From a virus: DNA of 62,982 bases. Position numbers and translations under genes: made by a program. Shown one piece after another: positions 61,718-62,982 of the stretch. How positions within the stretch are numbered: the stretch's first letter is position 1; each line of letters begins with the position of its first letter. The stretch is taken from positions 1-62,982 of IMG/VR virus record IMGVR_UViG_3300017978_000296; one strand, 5' to 3'. The notes under the pieces are model-generated. The model was not told the origin of the DNA. It ran no database searches and saw only the letters and a list, made by a program, of their open reading frames with translations.

Positions 61718-62190
61718 TTCTTGTCCTTGGCGCGGCTGCCCAGCGAGGAGCCAAGCAGGAACTGGAACATCGAGGCCACCATGGTGCCCAGCACGAAACC
61801 CAGGATGGTGTCGGCGAAGCGGGCGTTCTCATCAGGGATGTCGATGAACGTGATGCAGCCGATGTAGATCGACGCCAGCACAGACCAGAAGCCGATGAAG
61901 TAGTAGACGAAGCGGCGCACCAGTGGGTCCTCCGACTCCATGGCCTTGAGCTGCATGTCGCGTGCGCCCTGCATGTTCTTCAGGTCCATCTCAGCCATGA
62001 ACTCCTCGTGCTTGGCAGCCTCGGCGTTCCACTTGGCGTAGTCCTCCTTGGTGGCCTCGCCTTCAGGTTTCAGGGTGATGCCCATCTTGTCCTGAACGTA
62101 GTCCACGCCCTTGTCGATCACTGCATCAGCGACCTTGTGCATGTTGTTCTGGATCAGACCAGCAACGATTGAGGCAACGATAGGTAGCAT
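61714..62190 (-). CDS. Holin-like protein with C-terminal TM helices, 158 aa
   Basis: Track ORF, ATGA-coupled to the endolysin. The TM segments are FVYYFIGFWSVLASIYIGCITFI and ILGFVLGTMVASMFQFLLG. Confidence 0.65.
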   Translation of the reverse strand: MLPIVASIVAGLIQNNMHKVADAVIDKGVDYVQDKMGITLKPEGEATKEDYAKWNAEAAKHEEFMAEMDLKNMQGARDMQLKAMESEDPLVRRFVYYFIGFWSVLASIYIGCITFIDIPDENARFADTILGFVLGTMVASMFQFLLGSSLGSRAKDKK

Positions 62191-62477
62191 TACTTGGCTC
62201 CTTCTTCAGCGGCTTTTTCTGCGTAGGCCGACACGGCCTTGCGCCCGGAAATTCCCCCCAGCGTGCCAACACCCATGAAGGCAACGGCTTTCAGAATTTC
62301 GAGGAACACGGCATCAATCGGAGCCAGCGTGTCGGACTGCTCTTCAAATGCGATGGCGTACAGAACACCGAAGGCGATACCAAGCACCATCAGGGTCACG
62401 GCGCGGACGACAAAGGCCCACACCCGTACTTCGATCTCGTCGGGTGTCAGGCCTTCATAGCTGTGTTTGCGGAACAT
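62190..62477 (-). CDS. Two-TM small membrane protein (holin/antiholin-like), 95 aa
   Basis: Track ORF trimmed to ATG 62477 with an AAGGAGAG RBS. Its stop overlaps the next start (TAATG). Confidence 0.6.
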   Translation of the reverse strand: MFRKHSYEGLTPDEIEVRVWAFVVRAVTLMVLGIAFGVLYAIAFEEQSDTLAPIDAVFLEILKAVAFMGVGTLGGISGRKAVSAYAEKAAEEGAK

Positions 62478-62487
62478 AAAACTCTCC

Positions 62488-62982
62488 TTATCGGTTGGAC
62501 ATCGGGTTGGTGGTCGCACGCTTCAAAGCGTTCATCTCGGACCGCAGCGCAGCCGCGGTGCTATCCAGGTCTTGCTTGAGCGCAGCAAGGCGCGTTTGGA
62601 TTTCTCGGTTCATGCTCTCGACGCTGGACTTGGTCTCACGGCTCATGGCCGCGCCCTCGGCTGCGGCTCCAGCAGCGATGGCCTTAGTCTCGCGGGACAG
62701 CGCAATGGCATCAGACGACTTCTCGGCGATGCGCACCGCCTGCTCGGCGATGGCGAGCTGGCGCTCCTTGACCGACTTCAGCTCGATCTCGAAGGCCTGC
62801 ACTTTCTCGCGCAGCGCCGTGTCGTCGTAGGGCTTGTAGTCATCCACAGCTTCGATGGTTTCAATCATCTTGTTGTAGAAGGTCACTCCCGCGTAGCCTC
62901 CGCCACCGATCACCGGCAGGGCCGTTAGGATCAAGCCAAGCATCATCTGCGGTGACAAGCTCAAGGAGAAAGTCTTGCTGTC
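62488..62982 (-). CDS. Membrane-anchored coiled-coil protein (168 aa when joined across the junction; i-spanin-like); 5' end lies at nt 113-102
   Basis: Track ORF 62488..62964 begins at an artefactual TTG because the window ends. The frame continues to ATG 113 in the circular molecule. An N-terminal TM (LGLILTALPVIGGGGYAGV) is followed by a long coiled coil. Confidence 0.7.
   Translation of the reverse strand, partial: DSKTFSLSLSPQMMLGLILTALPVIGGGGYAGVTFYNKMIETIEAVDDYKPYDDTALREKVQAFEIELKSVKERQLAIAEQAVRIAEKSSDAIALSRETKAIAAGAAAEGAAMSRETKSSVESMNREIQTRLAALKQDLDSTAAALRSEMNALKRATTNPMSNR
62882..62982. repeat. Terminal duplication, copy 2 (identical to 1-101)
   Basis: Direct comparison of both window ends. 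Confidence 0.95.

Larger units (their letters stand above)
1..62982. mobile_element. Complete genome of a GC-rich temperate podovirus-like dsDNA phage, closed into a circle (unit 62,881 bp)
   Basis: nt 1-101 are identical to nt 62882-62982. Packaging, T7-like head (portal/scaffold/capsid), tail-fibre, lysis, ejection-protein, replication and integrase/excisionase modules are all present, with no flanking host housekeeping genes. Confidence 0.85.

Noticed and set aside
62964-62964. TTG start of the coiled-coil membrane protein as given in the track
   Set aside because: This is an artefact of the window end. The frame stays open through the duplicated 101 nt to ATG 113, which has a consensus AGGAG RBS.

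Overview
The window is a complete, circularly closed genome of a GC-rich temperate, podovirus-like dsDNA phage. Nucleotides 1-101 are identical to 62882-62982, giving a unit length of 62,881 bp. All function calls rest on motifs and gene order recognised by eye; no similarity search was run.

The minus-strand arm runs 15870->1 and, through the junction, 62982->41104. It carries:
- small packaging-associated genes, a TerS-like gene and TerL;
- a T7-like portal/scaffold/major-capsid block and connector/tail proteins;
- two tail fibres with S74-type self-cleaving chaperone ends;
- a secreted-protein moron and a lysis cassette (TM proteins plus a GH19 endolysin);
- Gly-rich internal-virion proteins, a 2,200-aa polyvalent ejection protein and a tyrosine integrase.

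The plus-strand arm (16480->41210) is the early/replication arm. It carries:
- many ATGA-coupled small ORFs, a sigma-region-4 protein, a MoxR AAA+ ATPase and a VWA/metallopeptidase protein;
- a MazG-like enzyme, a family-A DNA polymerase, Cas4-like and VRR-NUC nucleases and an SNF2 helicase;
- an SSB-like protein, a prim-pol/SF3 helicase and an excisionase.

Most notable observations:
1. A tightly coupled cassette lies inside the second tail-fibre module (52736-56080). It encodes a 106-aa protein ending in CACACEC, a cupin/2OG-oxygenase-like protein, an unknown 228-aa protein, a radical SAM/SPASM enzyme and a Tfa-like chaperone. This looks like a virion-protein maturation (RiPP-like) system.
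2. A secreted cysteine-rich tandem-repeat protein (143-1473, minus strand) is missing from the supplied ORF track. It has a frame problem and abuts the junction.
3. An AT-rich array of CTGTCTAATTAC motifs lies at 17123-17483.
4. A 609-bp non-coding divergent control region lies at 15871-16479.
5. The 2,200-aa ejection protein contains an HExxH zincin motif.

No rRNA, tRNA or CRISPR array was seen.
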